A stretch of 64,000 nucleotides of DNA from Planctomycetota bacterium (lineage in GTDB: Bacteria > Planctomycetota > UBA1135 > UBA2386): contig JBKAGP010000001.1 of NCBI GenBank assembly GCA_046290465.1, positions 2,944,001 to 3,008,000 of the forward strand, given 5' to 3'. The position numbers and the translations under genes were made by a program. Below, piece after piece: positions 8,953 through 18,020 of this stretch (its first letter is position 1; each line of letters begins with the position of its first letter). A model generated the notes under the pieces. That model saw only the letters and a program-made list of their open reading frames with translations, did no database searches and was not told where the DNA came from.

Positions 8953-11244
8953 ATGCTGAAGAAGGTTGTTGCAATCAAGAATGTCGGCAAGTTTCGCAAC
9001 TGCGGATCTTCCGGAGATGTCCAATTTCGACGCGCGACACTGATGTTCGCGCCGAATGCGCGGGGCAAGACCACCTTGTGTGACATCCTTCGGTCGCTCC
9101 GCACGGGTGACGGTTCCTACATCATGGGAAGACAGACGCTCGGCTGCGCTGACGGCCCAGAAGTCGAGCTCCTCACTGAGGCCGGCAAATGCGACTTCCG
9201 GTCGGGGGGATGGACAGGCACGGTCGCACACCTTGAGGTGTATGACTCACGCTTCGTGAACGACAACGTCCACGCGGGCGAATGCGTTGGCCACGACCAG
9301 AGGCGAAACCTCTACAACGTCATCCTCGGAGAAGAAGGACTCGAACTGAAAGAAGACTGCGATGCGAAGGACGCAGCTAGTCGCGAAGCGATTCGGGAGG
9401 AGAAAGAGAGACAGGCCGAAGTCCAGAAGCTCATGCCGCACGCGATGGCGGTGGAGAAGTTCTTGTCACTTGAGAAGGGCGATGATTTCGATACCAAGTT
9501 CGAGGAGGCGAAGCGCCGCGTCGCACTGCTCGAAGCCTCGACCGAAGTTCAGGGGAAGAGCCTGCTATCGACAGTAACAATTCCGACCTTCCCTGCTGGG
9601 CTAGCCCAGATCCTCGGATCAACGCTTGAGGATGTCTCGGAGAACGCTGAGGCGCTGATTCAGGAGCACGCCACCAATCACATGAGGGCTACGGATGAGT
9701 CATGGCTGCACCAAGGCGTGAACCTGATGCTTAACGACGATTGCCCGTTCTGCGGAACGCTGCTCAGTGGTCGAGAGCTTCTAGCAGCCTACCGAACCCA
9801 CTTCGCCGGGAGTTACCGAGAGCACAAGGCCGCGGTGGAAGCATGGAGGGCCAGGCTCGACACGTTTGTGAGCGAAACCACGTTCCTCCGGATTCAGCAG
9901 ACGCTCGATGGCAACACCAGGCTTCTGGAAGACTGGAGAAGCTACCTCACCACCGATGAGCAGCTCGAGCTAGACGTCGACGCCCTCAGCGAGAGCCTCC
10001 TGTCCTTGCAAAGCGTCGCCCGAGATGCCTTGGCAAGGAAGTGTGAGGCGCCGCTAGAGGCAATCGATATTGCTCTGGAACTGAGTGCGGCAGAGGAAGC
10101 AGTCGCTCAGGCACGGTCCTCGGTGATGGCTTACAACTCGGCCGTCGAGAGGGTCAACGCTGCAATGCGGGCCAAGCAAGAGGAATCGCGCAAGGGAGGC
10201 CTGACGGAGGCAAGACAAGACCTTGCCGAACTCGCGGCGACGAATACTCGAGCGGGGGCGGAGGCAACAGCAGCATGCCAGGAGCTACTCGCCGCACGGA
10301 CCAAGAGAGCTGCAGCTGACCTCGAGAAGTTGAAGGCAAAACAGAAGCTCGAGAATTACTCCGAGAGCGTCTTTCAACGCTACGAAAAGCGCATCAACGA
10401 GTATCTCAAGAGGTTCGGCACATCCTTCAGAGTTCGAAAGACGGCGGCCGAGTTTCCGGGCGGGAAGCCTCGCACGACTTATTGCCTAGCCATCGAGGCG
10501 CACGAGGGTTCATGGGAGGAGGTGAGGCTAGGGGACCTCAAGACGCCCAATGACCAGGCGTCGTTCAAGAACACGCTCAGCGCAGGTGACAAGAGCGCTC
10601 TTGCGTTGGCGTTCTTTTTCGCTCAGGTCGAGGCGAGTCCAAACCTGGCGGACAAAGTGGTCGTGCTGGACGACCCCTTTACTAGCCAGGATCGCGGGAG
10701 AAGAGTCTGCACTCAGCAGAGCATCAGAAGGCTCGCCCAGAAGACACGCCAAGTTGTCGTTCTGTCCCACGACCCCAACTTCCTAAAGCTCATATGGGAC
10801 GAGTTGCCCGCGGCCGAGAAGAAGACACTCCAGCTCACTGAGCTTGGCGGCGTGATGGAGTGGGACATCGAGAGCGAAGTGCTTGAGGAGTACTATCAGA
10901 ACTTCACGACACTCTGGAAGTACTGCGAGTATCGCGATGGCAGCCCCGAGAGTGTTGTGAAGACAATGCGCGTCCTGCTGGAGAAGTACCTTCGGTGGAA
11001 GTTGCCGAACCAGCTTGACGCGAAGGGATGGCTCGGCGACTACGTGAAGGCCATCGCGGACGCCGACGAAGGATCTCCGCTCGCACAGGCCAAGTGCATC
11101 CTCGAAGACTTGGAGGACCTCAAGGATTACGCGAAGCGATACCACCACCCACAAGACGATGGCACGAGCAGCGGGCAGTTGGTCGATAGCGACGAGCTCG
11201 CGACCTATGGGAAGCGAGCTCTGGAACTCGTGCAGAAGTTCTAG
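8953..11244 (+). CDS. AAA_13-family SMC-like ATPase, RloC-like putative anti-phage protein
   Basis: Walker A APNARGKTT, zinc-hook CPFC within coiled coils, signature LSAGD, Walker B VVLDDP, H-loop LSHD, helical C-terminal domain with KRYHH; GGAGG before ATG 8953. Confidence 0.8.
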   Translation: MLKKVVAIKNVGKFRNCGSSGDVQFRRATLMFAPNARGKTTLCDILRSLRTGDGSYIMGRQTLGCADGPEVELLTEAGKCDFRSGGWTGTVAHLEVYDSRFVNDNVHAGECVGHDQRRNLYNVILGEEGLELKEDCDAKDAASREAIREEKERQAEVQKLMPHAMAVEKFLSLEKGDDFDTKFEEAKRRVALLEASTEVQGKSLLSTVTIPTFPAGLAQILGSTLEDVSENAEALIQEHATNHMRATDESWLHQGVNLMLNDDCPFCGTLLSGRELLAAYRTHFAGSYREHKAAVEAWRARLDTFVSETTFLRIQQTLDGNTRLLEDWRSYLTTDEQLELDVDALSESLLSLQSVARDALARKCEAPLEAIDIALELSAAEEAVAQARSSVMAYNSAVERVNAAMRAKQEESRKGGLTEARQDLAELAATNTRAGAEATAACQELLAARTKRAAADLEKLKAKQKLENYSESVFQRYEKRINEYLKRFGTSFRVRKTAAEFPGGKPRTTYCLAIEAHEGSWEEVRLGDLKTPNDQASFKNTLSAGDKSALALAFFFAQVEASPNLADKVVVLDDPFTSQDRGRRVCTQQSIRRLAQKTRQVVVLSHDPNFLKLIWDELPAAEKKTLQLTELGGVMEWDIESEVLEEYYQNFTTLWKYCEYRDGSPESVVKTMRVLLEKYLRWKLPNQLDAKGWLGDYVKAIADADEGSPLAQAKCILEDLEDLKDYAKRYHHPQDDGTSSGQLVDSDELATYGKRALELVQKF

Positions 11245-11509
11245 ATGAGTTGGTCGACGCGACTAGCCCACTGGGCAACAGCAATCCTCGAGCGGACCCT
11301 CAGCCGCCTCATTCGATCTTGCGATGGTTGCCGTCCTCCCCTTAGAGCTTCACGGGAACACAAGAGGGCTGCGCTCGCCTGAGGAGCGGCATCCTTCCGG
11401 GAAGCCACAGCTATTGGGCTAGCCACTTTCTCCCTCAACCCAAGACCGCTCGCAACCCGCCGACTTGAGTAGCCCTCCGATCCATGAGACCCTCAAATCA
11501 GGAGGGATG

Positions 11510-12187
11510 ATGGAGAGGAAGCTCGCTTGGTTTCCATTCACGACAGCACAGGTCGAGATCGCACTCGGCTTGGCCGGACTCGGTGCTACAGCGGCCTCGT
11601 TACTCGAGGTCCCGGGCCCAACGGTCGCGCTTGGAACGGCGGGCTTCCTCCTCCTCACCTTTCTCGTCGGGCTGCTTGCCGCTGCTTCCGGCAACCGAGT
11701 GGCGCGTGTGCACCTCGATGGGGCCCTGCACGGGCGCGGCTACGCGGATCTGTTCCGACACGCCCACCGCAGCCTGCTCCTCATCCATCTCGACGACGAC
11801 GCGCCTCACGATGAGCTCTTGGGCCTCTACCGTCGACTGCTCGAGCGCGGCATCGAGATTCGTCGCCTGATCTTCGTACGTCCTGACCACCGTCAAGCCG
11901 GAGTTCGCTGGATCCGCGAGTTCGGGCCGCACGAGCTTCTTCGCCAGAGGTTTGTCGAGACCGCGTCGGGGAACCCGCTCCCGCTGAGCTTCGCGGTCGT
12001 CGATGAGGACGCCGTCCTGATCGCCGTTCCCGGATACCACCCAACCGAAACGGAAACGTTCGGGGACGGCCTCGTGCTACGACACCTGATCGAACTCCGA
12101 CATCCGACGATCACTCGCGCATTCCTCGAGGCCTACGAATCTGCCTGGAGGCGAGGTACGCGGCTGGAGGACGACTGCCTGGCGTAG
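11510..12187 (+). CDS. Two-TM membrane protein with a PLD-like/DUF5919-like C-terminal domain
   Basis: Two hydrophobic N-terminal helices; ...LLERGIEIRRL...FAVVDEDAVL...FLEAYESAWRRG has the layout of a PLD-like fold but no HxK motif; AGGAGG RBS. Confidence 0.6.
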   Translation: MERKLAWFPFTTAQVEIALGLAGLGATAASLLEVPGPTVALGTAGFLLLTFLVGLLAAASGNRVARVHLDGALHGRGYADLFRHAHRSLLLIHLDDDAPHDELLGLYRRLLERGIEIRRLIFVRPDHRQAGVRWIREFGPHELLRQRFVETASGNPLPLSFAVVDEDAVLIAVPGYHPTETETFGDGLVLRHLIELRHPTITRAFLEAYESAWRRGTRLEDDCLA

Positions 12188-12253
12188 TCGGGCGCACGGT
12201 CCGTGGCACGCGAATCAGTGCACGGCTACCGACCTCGCGGTCACGCTCGATTC

Positions 12254-12505
12254 TCACCGCTTTCTACGCAAACGCCGATCCAGCTCCTTGCTGAACTCAA
12301 CGAACGGCACCCCCAACCCGCGACACCACTCCCGCACCTCGAGGATGTCGAGCCGCCGCTCACCGTTCTCGGATTTGCTCACGTAGGACTGGGGCACCCC
12401 GAGACTCTCCGCCAAGTCGGCCTGAAGAGTCCCCTCACGCTCGCGTAGCTCGCGCAGCAGATCCCGAAGCACTCGGTACTCGGGCGTATGGGTGGACTTG
12501 GGCAT
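12254..12505 (-). CDS. XRE-family HTH transcriptional regulator
   Basis: LRELREREGTLQADLAESLGVPQSYVSKSENGERRLDILE. Confidence 0.9.
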   Translation of the reverse strand: MPKSTHTPEYRVLRDLLRELREREGTLQADLAESLGVPQSYVSKSENGERRLDILEVREWCRGLGVPFVEFSKELDRRLRRKR

Positions 12506-12578
12506 CTGTGGAGTCTCTGCACCGAATCCTACTTCCCCACTTGGCATATCCCAGTTTCGGATCTAGCATCTAGACCGT

Positions 12579-14009
12579 ATGGCCGTCCTCCGAGAAGCCG
12601 TGACCCCACCAGAGGTCCTCTTCGTCCACGCCCCCTACCCCGGCCGTCTGAAGTTTCGCGCGGTGCCGAGCAGCATGTTCGCAGCTGCCGGCCCCTTCGT
12701 CGTAGCCAACCCGAAACGCCAAGTGAGCTACCTCGACCCCGGCAGCCCGACCGCCGAGTTCTACCGGCACCTTGAGGGTCTGCTCGCGACCGGGCGAGTA
12801 CGCGCGCTGTGCATCTCGACGTCTACGGCAGCCATCGAAGAAACGGCGCGGATCGCCGCAACGAGCTCCCTCTTCGCGCCTGAGACCCTCGTCATCGTAG
12901 GCGGGCCACACGAGAACGACATCGGCACCAAGACCGCCAACCGACTCCCCGGTGTGCACATCTCGATCGGCGGCGAAGCACCCTCGGCCCTGCAGGGCGT
13001 GCTCGAGCTGTATCTGACAGACAATCGAACGGCAGCGGATTTCGCGCGGGACCTGCACCCGGGCGAGCTCGACGAGGCCACCACCTGTGGGGTGTTCACG
13101 GTCGCGAACTGCAACTGGCCCGCGAGGGTCGAGTTCGACCGCGGCCCCAGTCGCTTCCGCGACCCGCGGCCGCTCGTGGTTCCCGAGAGCTACCCACGAT
13201 TCGACGTGTTCGAGGCCCCGTCGACGATTCCGCTCATGGTCTCCCGTGGCTGCTCGTATGGGCGGTGCACGTTCTGCGCGGAGGCCAACCGGGATGGCAG
13301 CGTGTTCCGCACAAGCGACTACGGATGGGTCGAAGAACTGGCCGACCGTGTCCCGGACGCCGCACTCTACTTCCAGGACAGCATCTTCCCGGCCGGCAAC
13401 GGCTCGAGCTCCGAACTGCTTCCGCTACTACGCGGTCTCGACCGCGAATGGGGCTGCCAGGTCTACCTGCCGACCCTCACCGAGCGACGCATCGCCGAAC
13501 TCGCTGACCATGGTTGCACCTACCTCTATGCCGGCATCGAATCGGGCGCTCCGGACGTGCTCGAGGGCATCCGGAAGCCGCAGCTGCAGCCAAGACTGGT
13601 CGCGGAACGCACGAAGTGGATCGCGAAGCAGGGGCCGCGGGTCGGGCTGTCGCTGATGTTCGGCTCGATGTCGACCAAGGGGGTCGTTCTCGAGAACAGA
13701 CGGTCCCTGAACCTGACTCGCGACCTGACCGATGCGGTCCGCGACACCGACGTCAAGGTCGCCGGGTTCTATCCCAACGTGCAAACGGTGCTGCCAGGGA
13801 CTCAGCTCGCTCGCGGGATGGCCGAGGCGGGGCACCACCTGGACTTCTACAGCATGCCCCGGGCACCGGTCTTCGACGGCCTGGAAGACGGAGGGGTCGG
13901 CTACAACTTCCTCACGGTCGGCGGCCCATCCGCGAATGACCTCGCGCTTGCCGAAGACATCGTCGCGACCGCCCGCGACATCCAGACGGTCGGAGTGTGC
14001 TCATGGTAG
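12579..14009 (+). CDS. B12-binding-domain radical SAM protein
   Basis: N-terminal Rossmann-like segment (IVGGPH, IGGEA); SRGCSYGRCTFC cluster motif, YFQDSIF, AGIESG, LPGT. Confidence 0.85.
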   Translation: MAVLREAVTPPEVLFVHAPYPGRLKFRAVPSSMFAAAGPFVVANPKRQVSYLDPGSPTAEFYRHLEGLLATGRVRALCISTSTAAIEETARIAATSSLFAPETLVIVGGPHENDIGTKTANRLPGVHISIGGEAPSALQGVLELYLTDNRTAADFARDLHPGELDEATTCGVFTVANCNWPARVEFDRGPSRFRDPRPLVVPESYPRFDVFEAPSTIPLMVSRGCSYGRCTFCAEANRDGSVFRTSDYGWVEELADRVPDAALYFQDSIFPAGNGSSSELLPLLRGLDREWGCQVYLPTLTERRIAELADHGCTYLYAGIESGAPDVLEGIRKPQLQPRLVAERTKWIAKQGPRVGLSLMFGSMSTKGVVLENRRSLNLTRDLTDAVRDTDVKVAGFYPNVQTVLPGTQLARGMAEAGHHLDFYSMPRAPVFDGLEDGGVGYNFLTVGGPSANDLALAEDIVATARDIQTVGVCSW

Positions 14010-15493
14010 TGCCTCATCCGAGGCATGCCCGGCTTCCGCTGTCGCGCCCTCCGGAGCTCGTAAGGGACCTCGACCGGATCATCATCGGGCAGGACCATGC
14101 GAAACGTGCCCTGGCGCTTGCCGTGTACCGACACCAGCTGGGCCTCTCGGAGGCCTCCGAACACAACGGTCCAGCATTCGGCGCTCAGCACGTCTTGCTC
14201 GTAGGCCCAACCGGCTGTGGGAAGACCCGAATGGTCCGAGAGCTCGGCCGTCTGATCGCCCCCCCCATCGCCACGTGCTCCGCGACGAATCTCGTCGAGG
14301 TCGGCTATGCGGGCGAACACCCAGACAGCATCGTGCACCGACTGCTGCATGCGGCCGATGGCGACGTGCGCCGAGCGGAGCGCGGGATCATCTTCATTGA
14401 CGAGATCGACAAGAAGCGCCGGTCGACCGACGGCTCGAGGGACATCTCCGGCGAAGGCGTGCAGCAGTCCCTGCTGAAACTGATGGACGGCGCCAAGGTT
14501 GCCATCCGCCGAGAGGGCGAGACGACGATGGTCAACACTCGCGGGATTCTCTTCGTGTGTGCCGGCGCGTTTCCTGGGATGGAGGAGATCCTCGATTCCC
14601 GCCACCGACGAGGATCTCTCGGATTCACAGGCATCCAAGGTGATCCCGGCCCGGTCTCCCCGGAGCTCGAAGGCCACGGAGCGCTCGTCGAGTTCGGCAT
14701 GATCCCGGAACTTCTCGGGCGTTTCACGACCGTCGCCCACCTGCGCCCGCTGACGCTCGACGAGCTCGAACGTGTACTCTCGGACTCCAAGGCATCGATC
14801 ATCCGCAGCACCCAAGCGTTCGCCGCGAAACACGGTGCCAAGCTCTCGATCTCGAAAGGAGCCATGCGAGCCATCGCCCGACGTGCGCTGTCCCTTGGGA
14901 CCGGAGCTCGAGCGCTGGACCGGGTCGCGACGAAGGTTCTCGAGCCGACGATCTGGCGCCTCCTTCAGGAGCAGAGGCCCGTGCATCGGATCGAGGTTAC
15001 CTGCCGGACGGTGGACGAGGGACAGAAGGCCCGTTTCCACTACGGAGCATCGACGCGAGCTGCGAAGGAGGACCGCCCGGCCCTCCCACCGTTCGTCACG
15101 CGCGAGTTCGGCCGTGTCGATGGAATCACGAACACGAGGGGCTGGACGCACGATCAGATTCGCGAACGGCTCGAAGAGGTCCTTCCGAGCCTCGAGGTCG
15201 ACGCGGCTCCCAAGTCTGCCAGGACTTGGTGGCAACGATTCGTGGACGCGCGCGAACCCGATCCGCGCGTCGTGCTCCGCGTCGCGGAAGAGCTGACGAA
15301 GAGGGAGGCGACTATCGCCGAGCTCTTCACCGCATTCGTCTGTTCGGCGACGAACAGCATCCAGGGGATCTTCCACTACCTGGACTACAAGCGACTGAAG
15401 GACGAACTGGACCGGAAGCCGAAGGTGAAGCCATCTGAGAACGGGGCGCGAGACGCGCAGGATCTCGGCCTCACAGATGGTCCGCGGAAGTAA
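14003..15493 (+). CDS. Atypical ClpX-like AAA+ ATPase (no zinc-binding domain, extra C-terminal domain)
   Basis: IIGQDHAK, GPTGCGKT, GYAG pore loop, IFIDEIDK, RDISGEGVQQSLLKL, LGF loop, PELLGRF, TGARAL; start overlaps the radical SAM stop. Confidence 0.85.
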   Translation: MVVPHPRHARLPLSRPPELVRDLDRIIIGQDHAKRALALAVYRHQLGLSEASEHNGPAFGAQHVLLVGPTGCGKTRMVRELGRLIAPPIATCSATNLVEVGYAGEHPDSIVHRLLHAADGDVRRAERGIIFIDEIDKKRRSTDGSRDISGEGVQQSLLKLMDGAKVAIRREGETTMVNTRGILFVCAGAFPGMEEILDSRHRRGSLGFTGIQGDPGPVSPELEGHGALVEFGMIPELLGRFTTVAHLRPLTLDELERVLSDSKASIIRSTQAFAAKHGAKLSISKGAMRAIARRALSLGTGARALDRVATKVLEPTIWRLLQEQRPVHRIEVTCRTVDEGQKARFHYGASTRAAKEDRPALPPFVTREFGRVDGITNTRGWTHDQIRERLEEVLPSLEVDAAPKSARTWWQRFVDAREPDPRVVLRVAEELTKREATIAELFTAFVCSATNSIQGIFHYLDYKRLKDELDRKPKVKPSENGARDAQDLGLTDGPRK

Positions 15494-15957
15494 ACATCGA
15501 CGGACGGCCGCATCCGAAGGCGATCCGCGGCAGGGGCTTCGCGACGTGTGCGCGTTTACAGAACCGAGAGAGCCTTCGGGTGGGATTCCCGCGGTGCATC
15601 CGCGACCTACCGTGGTTTGGACGTGCCCAGCGAAACCAGGCCCACATCAGGAGACGGCAAGCATGATCCCACCACACAGTCCACGAGATCGCGATCCCGG
15701 CCAAGTAGTTGGCGCCCGCGAGTTCGCCTGCGACCTGCTACGGCTGATCGCATCATTCGATTCCCTCAGGCGCCAACGCGATGTCAACCGAGCCGTCGCA
15801 GACGGGGTGAGTTCGGCGCTTCAGCTTCTCCCGGACTCGGGCCTCGAGTCTCTCATACATCTGCTCGCTTCGTTGCAGAGGAGTGCGAGCACTCACGTGA
15901 CCACGAGCAGGGGCCGGCCGCCAGAAGGGACGCATCACAACAACTAGAGGGTGACCG

Positions 15958-16680
15958 ATGAGCCGATCGACAATCGAATGGACCAACGCCACGTGGAACC
16001 CGGTGACGGGCTGCACGAAGACCAGTCCAGGCTGCAAGCACTGCTACGCGGAACGCATGGCAAGGCGCCTACAGGCGATGGGGCAAGCCAACTACGCGAG
16101 GGGATTCCAGCTCACGCTCCAGGAGCACATGCTCGATATCCCACTGCGCTGGCGGAAGCCCCGGCTCGTGTTCGTCAACTCGATGAGCGACCTGTTCCAC
16201 AAGGACGTGCCGACATCGTTCATCCAGCGCGTGTTCCGAACCATGGAGCAAGCGCCTCAGCACACGTTCCAGGTCTTGACGAAGCGCGCGGATCGACTGC
16301 GAGAGGTCGCCCCTCAGCTGCCCTGGCCTGAGAACGTCTGGATGGGCGTGAGCGTCGAGAACGCCGACTACCTCGACCGGATCGACGACCTGCGAACCGT
16401 TCCCGCCAACGTCCGCTTCCTCTCTCTCGAGCCGTTGCTGGGCCCGCTAACCGAGATCGACCTGACCGGCATCGGCTGGGCCATCGTCGGCGGAGAGTCC
16501 GGACCTGGCGCACGGGCGATGGACCCCGAGTGGGTTCGGGATCTCCGAGACGCCTGCGCGGTCGGTGGCGTTCCGTTCTTCTTCAAGCAGTGGGGAGGCA
16601 CGAACAAGAAGAAGGCCGGCCGCCTACTCGACGGAAGGATCTGGGACGAGATGCCGTCCCGGGGGCCAACTCGCGCGTAG
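15958..16680 (+). CDS. Phage Gp37/Gp68-family (DUF5131) protein
   Basis: [67 protein letters not shown]. Confidence 0.92.
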   Translation: MSRSTIEWTNATWNPVTGCTKTSPGCKHCYAERMARRLQAMGQANYARGFQLTLQEHMLDIPLRWRKPRLVFVNSMSDLFHKDVPTSFIQRVFRTMEQAPQHTFQVLTKRADRLREVAPQLPWPENVWMGVSVENADYLDRIDDLRTVPANVRFLSLEPLLGPLTEIDLTGIGWAIVGGESGPGARAMDPEWVRDLRDACAVGGVPFFFKQWGGTNKKKAGRLLDGRIWDEMPSRGPTRA

Positions 16681-17207
16681 CGTGCTGGCGTACTGACAGT
16701 GCATCTTTGGAATATGACGAGATAGGTGGCGGGTTGGCGAACATCGCACCCTTCAACCGACGAACCGGCCGAGCGGGCCATTCTGCGTATTGATAGAGGC
16801 GCGCGTCACGTTTCTGCATGTGCACTTGCCGACAGGGCGCGACAGCGATGAGATAGACAACCGCTGCGAAGGAGAACGTCATCGATCCCATCGTGGCCAC
16901 ATGACACACCATGAGCCGGGGTTGTCCGCACGGACACAGAGCACTTGACTCTCCTTCTTCCCCTTTTCCCGGTGCTTGCCCCGGCTCACTTTCCTCTCCA
17001 CGGATGACCGATCCACTCGAGCACTTCGGCGAGCAACAAGATGCTCGAGCAGCATCGCGAACTTCTCCTGCAGCAGCGCCGAGATCGTGCGCAGCCATCA
17101 GTCGAGATCGATTCCCCCCTGGGCGCTCTGGACCGTGCGTCGACTGCTGTCACGGGCTCGAAGAACCAAGCCCAATGCTGCCAGCTTGGATGCACGAGGG
17201 GTAGCGC

Positions 17208-18020
17208 ATGCGAGACCTTGGCCTCGAAGTTGAGACCGTGACACGCTGGTTCGCCGAAGAGCAGCGATCGCCCTTCGTGCTTGTGCGTGTTCCCGACGAG
17301 CACGCTGCTGCTTGGTCGGACGTCCTTGGTGTCTCAGTCCGTCGGTGCTACATCGATGACACCGTCCTCAAGGCGCGCGTGCAGGCAACCGGTTGCCCTC
17401 GGTCGGAGATCGTCGCCGCGAGGCTCCCGGATCCAGGTTCGACGATGTCAGGGGACTTCGGCGAGATACTGGTGTTTCTCTACCACGCAGCTGCCGAACG
17501 CGATGTCGACCTCATTGGCCCAAAGAAGTGGCGCCTGAAGCAGGACCGAACAAAACCAGCGCCACACTCGGATGTCGTTCACTTCGTGCTGCCGAGCTGG
17601 CCACGCTCCTCGACCGAGGACCGCATCCTGTGCTCTGAGGTAAAGACGAAGGCCACGGCCGGAGCCTCATCACCGATTTCCAAGGCGATTGATGACTGCG
17701 AGAAAGACCGAACCAGTCGATTGGCGAAGACCCTAGTTTGGCTGAGGGAACGTGCGCTTCATGAAGACCTTGGCAGCACGACCATCGATCACCTCGACCG
17801 CTTCATCAAGGCCACGGACCACCCCCAAGCCAAGAAGTGCTTCCACGCCGTCGCGGTCATTTGCGAGAACCTCGTGGACAACGAACTGGCAGACGCGCCC
17901 GACGAAGCGCCTGCAGACCACACGGTTGTAGTCATCGCAGTTCCAAACCTGAAGGAACGCTACGAAGCCGTATTCGACGCCGCTCATGCCACCGTCGCGG
18001 AAGCGGGCGGTGAGACGTGA
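17208..18020 (+). CDS. hamA: Hachiman HamA-like nuclease (DUF1837-like)
   Basis: SGDFGEIL...D...EVKTK PD-(D/E)XK-type motifs; GTGA overlap with the downstream Ski2-like helicase. Confidence 0.75.
   Translation: MRDLGLEVETVTRWFAEEQRSPFVLVRVPDEHAAAWSDVLGVSVRRCYIDDTVLKARVQATGCPRSEIVAARLPDPGSTMSGDFGEILVFLYHAAAERDVDLIGPKKWRLKQDRTKPAPHSDVVHFVLPSWPRSSTEDRILCSEVKTKATAGASSPISKAIDDCEKDRTSRLAKTLVWLRERALHEDLGSTTIDHLDRFIKATDHPQAKKCFHAVAVICENLVDNELADAPDEAPADHTVVVIAVPNLKERYEAVFDAAHATVAEAGGET

Noticed and set aside
13901..15376. Long antisense ORFs (491 aa here; also 19013..20002, 41964..42953, 28594..29496)
   Set aside because: Shadows of well-supported genes on the opposite strand in high-GC DNA, with no recognisable motifs
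14003..15493. Housekeeping clpX
   Set aside because: No zinc-binding domain, altered pore and RKH loops, extra C-terminal domain, and no clpP/tig context
15477..15947. 156-aa ORF between the ClpX-like and Gp37/Gp68 genes
   Set aside because: No motif and low-complexity composition; a shorter gene cannot be excluded but cannot be supported
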